From NCBI GenBank assembly GCA_963754875.1, contig CAVWHO010000020.1, forward strand, positions 192,001 to 256,000: 64,000 nucleotides of DNA, given 5' to 3'. Below are positions 61,263 through 64,000 of this stretch, one piece after another. Origin of the DNA: Nitrospirota bacterium. GTDB lineage: Bacteria; Nitrospirota; UBA9217. Within the stretch, counting starts at the first letter, position 1, and each line of letters starts with the position of its first letter. A model generated the notes under the pieces. That model was not told the origin of the DNA. It saw nothing but the letters and a program-made list of their open reading frames with translations, and did no database searches. The position numbers and the translations under genes were made by a program.

Positions 61263-62837
61263 ATGAAGAAAAGTATCCAGTGGAGACTTGCGATCATCGC
61301 GTTATCGGTCCTGATCGCGCTGTTTTTATTTCTGCCGTCGACGCCGCTTTCACCGAAACTGCCGGGGTGGTGGCTCCAGAGCGTTCCCAAGATATCGCTC
61401 GGCCTCGACCTGCGGGGCGGGAGCCATTTGGTAATGGAGGTGGAAACGGACAAGGCCGTTGAGTCGTCCGTGGACAATATCGTCGCGGATCTTCAGACAA
61501 CGGCGGCATCGCAGCAGCTTGCCATCACGTTTAACAGGGCGGGCCTGGACATCACGGCAAAATTCGATGAGGCGCTTGGTGATAAAGCGGAGAAGCTCGT
61601 TAAGGACAGCTATGCCATCCTTGATCTTAAGTCCCAGGACAAAGGCGGACTGGTCTACAGCCTGAAGCCTGCCGAGGTGAGGCGACTGAAAGAGTCGGCG
61701 GTCCAGCAGGCGCTCGAGCGGACCCGCCGGAGGGTGGACAAGTACGGCGTTGCGGAGCCCCAGATCTATAAGCAAGAAAACGACCAGATCGCGCTCCAGC
61801 TTCCCGGCGTTAAAAATCCGCAGGAGGCCATCGCCTTCATCAAAACGGCGGGCAGGCTCGAGTTCAAGCTGGTCGATTCGGATTCCAACGACCTGCAGAA
61901 GGCCCTTGCCGGCAAGCCGCCGGAAGGGACCGAGGTCCTTTATGAAGAACGGGAAGGCGAGACCGGCAAGATATCAAAACAGCCGGTCCTGGTCTACAGC
62001 AAGACGCTGTTGACCGGCGACCGCCTGAAGGAAGCCAGGGTAGGGATCGACCAATACAATAAACCGGCGGTCTCTATTTCCTTCGACGGCGAAGGCGCGA
62101 AGGTTTTCGACCGCATCACCGGAGAGAACGTAGGCAAGCAGCTTGCAATCGTGCTGGACGGCGTGGTGCAGTCGGCGCCAAGGATCCAGGACCGGATCGG
62201 CGGCGGCAACGCCCAGATCACGGGGAACTTCACGCACGAAGAGGCCGCGAAGCTCGCCATCGTTCTGCGTGAATCGCTCCCGGCGCCGGTGAAGATCATC
62301 CAGAACATTACTGTCGGCCCGTCGCTCGGCCAGGATTCAATTGACAAGGGCGTCCATTCCGCGCTCATCGGCTGCCTTATCGTCATTATTTTCATGGTCG
62401 TATACTACCGGATGTCGGGACTCATTGCCGACTATGCCATCGTGCTGAACCTTGTCCTCCTCCTCGGAGCGATGGCGCTTTTGAACGCCACCCTCACGTT
62501 GCCCGGTATCGCCGGCATCATCCTGACCATCGGTATGGGCGTGGATTCGAACGTGCTTATGTTCGAGCGCATTCGTGAGGAGGTCCGCGCAGGCAAGCAG
62601 CCGCGTCCGGCCGTCGACGCCGGGTACGACAAGGCGTTTCTTACGATCCTCGATTCGCACGTGACGACGCTCATCACCGCCGCAGTGCTGTTCATGTTCG
62701 GCACCGGCCCTATTAAAGGTTTTGCTGTTTCGCTCAGCCTCGGCATCATCATCAACCTGTATTCCGCCCTCGTAGGCACGAAGGTGATATTCGACATCAT
62801 CAATACGCGGTGGAAGCTGGAAAAGCTGAGCATATAA
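61263..62837 (+). CDS. secD: Protein translocase subunit SecD
   Basis: LGLDLRGG, VGPSLG, TLPGIAG, GMGVDSNV, GPIKGFA. Confidence 0.96.
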   Translation: MKKSIQWRLAIIALSVLIALFLFLPSTPLSPKLPGWWLQSVPKISLGLDLRGGSHLVMEVETDKAVESSVDNIVADLQTTAASQQLAITFNRAGLDITAKFDEALGDKAEKLVKDSYAILDLKSQDKGGLVYSLKPAEVRRLKESAVQQALERTRRRVDKYGVAEPQIYKQENDQIALQLPGVKNPQEAIAFIKTAGRLEFKLVDSDSNDLQKALAGKPPEGTEVLYEEREGETGKISKQPVLVYSKTLLTGDRLKEARVGIDQYNKPAVSISFDGEGAKVFDRITGENVGKQLAIVLDGVVQSAPRIQDRIGGGNAQITGNFTHEEAAKLAIVLRESLPAPVKIIQNITVGPSLGQDSIDKGVHSALIGCLIVIIFMVVYYRMSGLIADYAIVLNLVLLLGAMALLNATLTLPGIAGIILTIGMGVDSNVLMFERIREEVRAGKQPRPAVDAGYDKAFLTILDSHVTTLITAAVLFMFGTGPIKGFAVSLSLGIIINLYSALVGTKVIFDIINTRWKLEKLSI

Positions 62838-62847
62838 GATACAAAAT

Positions 62848-62930
62848 CCACCACAGAGGCACGGAGACACGGAGAAAGACTTACTGCCTATTCAAGGACC
62901 AACTCTGTGATTTCCGTGATCTCTGCGGTT
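62848..62930. repeat. REP-like imperfect palindrome of 9-mer units between secD and secF
   Basis: cacagaggcacggagacacggag versus ctctgtgatttccgtgatctctgcgg. Confidence 0.55.
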
Positions 62931-62955
62931 AAAAACAGAATTTCTGGAGGAGACA

Positions 62956-63864
62956 ATGCTTCAAATTTTGCATAAGACCAATATCGATTTCATGGGCTGG
63001 AAGAACATATCCTTTACGTTCTCCTCCCTGCTGATTATTCTCGGTCTCGTCGGCATAGTGCAGATCGGACGGGGCAAAGCGAACCTGGGCATCGACTTCG
63101 TGGGTGGCACCACTGTCCAACTCAGTTTTAAGGAGCCCATCCCCATTGACAAGGCCCGGGCTGCACTCGAGAAGAGCGGCTTTCAAGGATCGACGATCCA
63201 GCAGGTCGGCGAGGGCGGGAACAGTATCATGATCAAGCTCAGAGAGTCGGAAGGCACATCGGACAAGGTCCAGACTATGTTCAAGCAGGAATTTTCGGCT
63301 AATCCTTTCGAAGTCGTCAGCATCCAGGAGATCGGGCCGGTGATCGGCCAGTCGCTCCAGCGGCAGGCGTTGTGGGCCGGCGCGATCGGCATTCTCGCGA
63401 TCATAACCTATATCGCCTTCCGGTTCCAATTCAAGTTCGGCGTCGCCGCAGCCATCGCGACGGTCCATGACGTTCTTGCCGTACTCGGCATCTTCTTTAT
63501 ACTGCACAAGGAGATCAACCTGCTGATCGTTACGGCGCTCCTGACGCTCGCCGGATATTCACTGACAGACACGGTCGTGGTCTTCGACCGGATCAGGGAG
63601 AATCTGAAGCGGAACAGGAGAGACCCCCTGCCGAAGCTCGTAAACGACAGCATCAACGAAGTGCTTTCCCGGACCATCATTACGTCGTTTACGGTGGTGC
63701 TCGTGCTCATCCCGCTCGTGCTGTTCGGCGGCGACGTGCTGCATGACTTTTCCGTCGCGCTCCTCATGGGCGTGATCGTGGGCACCTATTCATCGGTGTT
63801 CGTCGCGAGCCCGATCCTGGTGGTGTGGCATGCGAAAGCGGGTGGAAAGTTGATCTCGAAGTAA
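62956..63864 (+). CDS. secF: Protein translocase subunit SecF
   Basis: GIDFVGG, HDV, GYSLTDTVVVFDRIRE, GTYSS. Confidence 0.96.
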   Translation: MLQILHKTNIDFMGWKNISFTFSSLLIILGLVGIVQIGRGKANLGIDFVGGTTVQLSFKEPIPIDKARAALEKSGFQGSTIQQVGEGGNSIMIKLRESEGTSDKVQTMFKQEFSANPFEVVSIQEIGPVIGQSLQRQALWAGAIGILAIITYIAFRFQFKFGVAAAIATVHDVLAVLGIFFILHKEINLLIVTALLTLAGYSLTDTVVVFDRIRENLKRNRRDPLPKLVNDSINEVLSRTIITSFTVVLVLIPLVLFGGDVLHDFSVALLMGVIVGTYSSVFVASPILVVWHAKAGGKLISK

Positions 63865-63921
63865 GAAGAAGGAAGATCATTAAACGCAGAGCTCGCAGAG
63901 AACGCGTTAGAAAAACTTACC

Positions 63922-63962
63922 AGGACACGGATTTGTTATAGAATCCGTGTTCTGTTTGTTTT
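63922..63962 (+). terminator. Probable terminator after secF
   Basis: ggacacggatt / aatccgtgttc stem followed by a T-rich tract. Confidence 0.55.
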
Positions 63963-64000
63963 ATAATATCACCTCATGGTAAAGAAACTTTCAGTTTCCA

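Overview
Bacterial chromosomal window, roughly 55% GC by eye; gene content suggests an anaerobic Nitrospirota/Desulfobacterota-like organism (inference). Housekeeping and envelope genes include nadA, era, alpha-2-macroglobulin/pbpC, recO, lnt, queD, pmbA, hflX, ubiX, argS and tgt-yajC-secD-secF. The left end holds a sigma54 two-component locus with a Lon protease that has a receiver domain inserted in its ATPase module, divergent from a TauE/USP operon. There are five mobile elements: two IS630 copies, a tnpA-only IS200, a tnpB-only IS605-type element and a broken IS481-like element. The main hidden signal is a selenoprotein-rich sulfur-relay locus at 36.7-41.5 kb that the ORF track splits. 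Three in-frame TGA codons fall at redox-Cys positions, each followed by a SECIS-like hairpin: a decayed peroxiredoxin (WUQFC), a small thioredoxin-fold protein (Sec18) and a DsrE/TusD protein (UGGC, Sec77). The latter two lie in an operon ArsR-Trx(Sec)-DsrE(Sec)-DsrF-DsrH-SQR-ArsR'. Also notable are two adjacent genes with three Hfq/Sm-like domains, several apparently leaderless genes and a probable ATC start for hflX. Six single-base frameshifts in four otherwise intact genes (including argS) look like assembly errors. All calls come from reading motifs by eye; no database searches were run.
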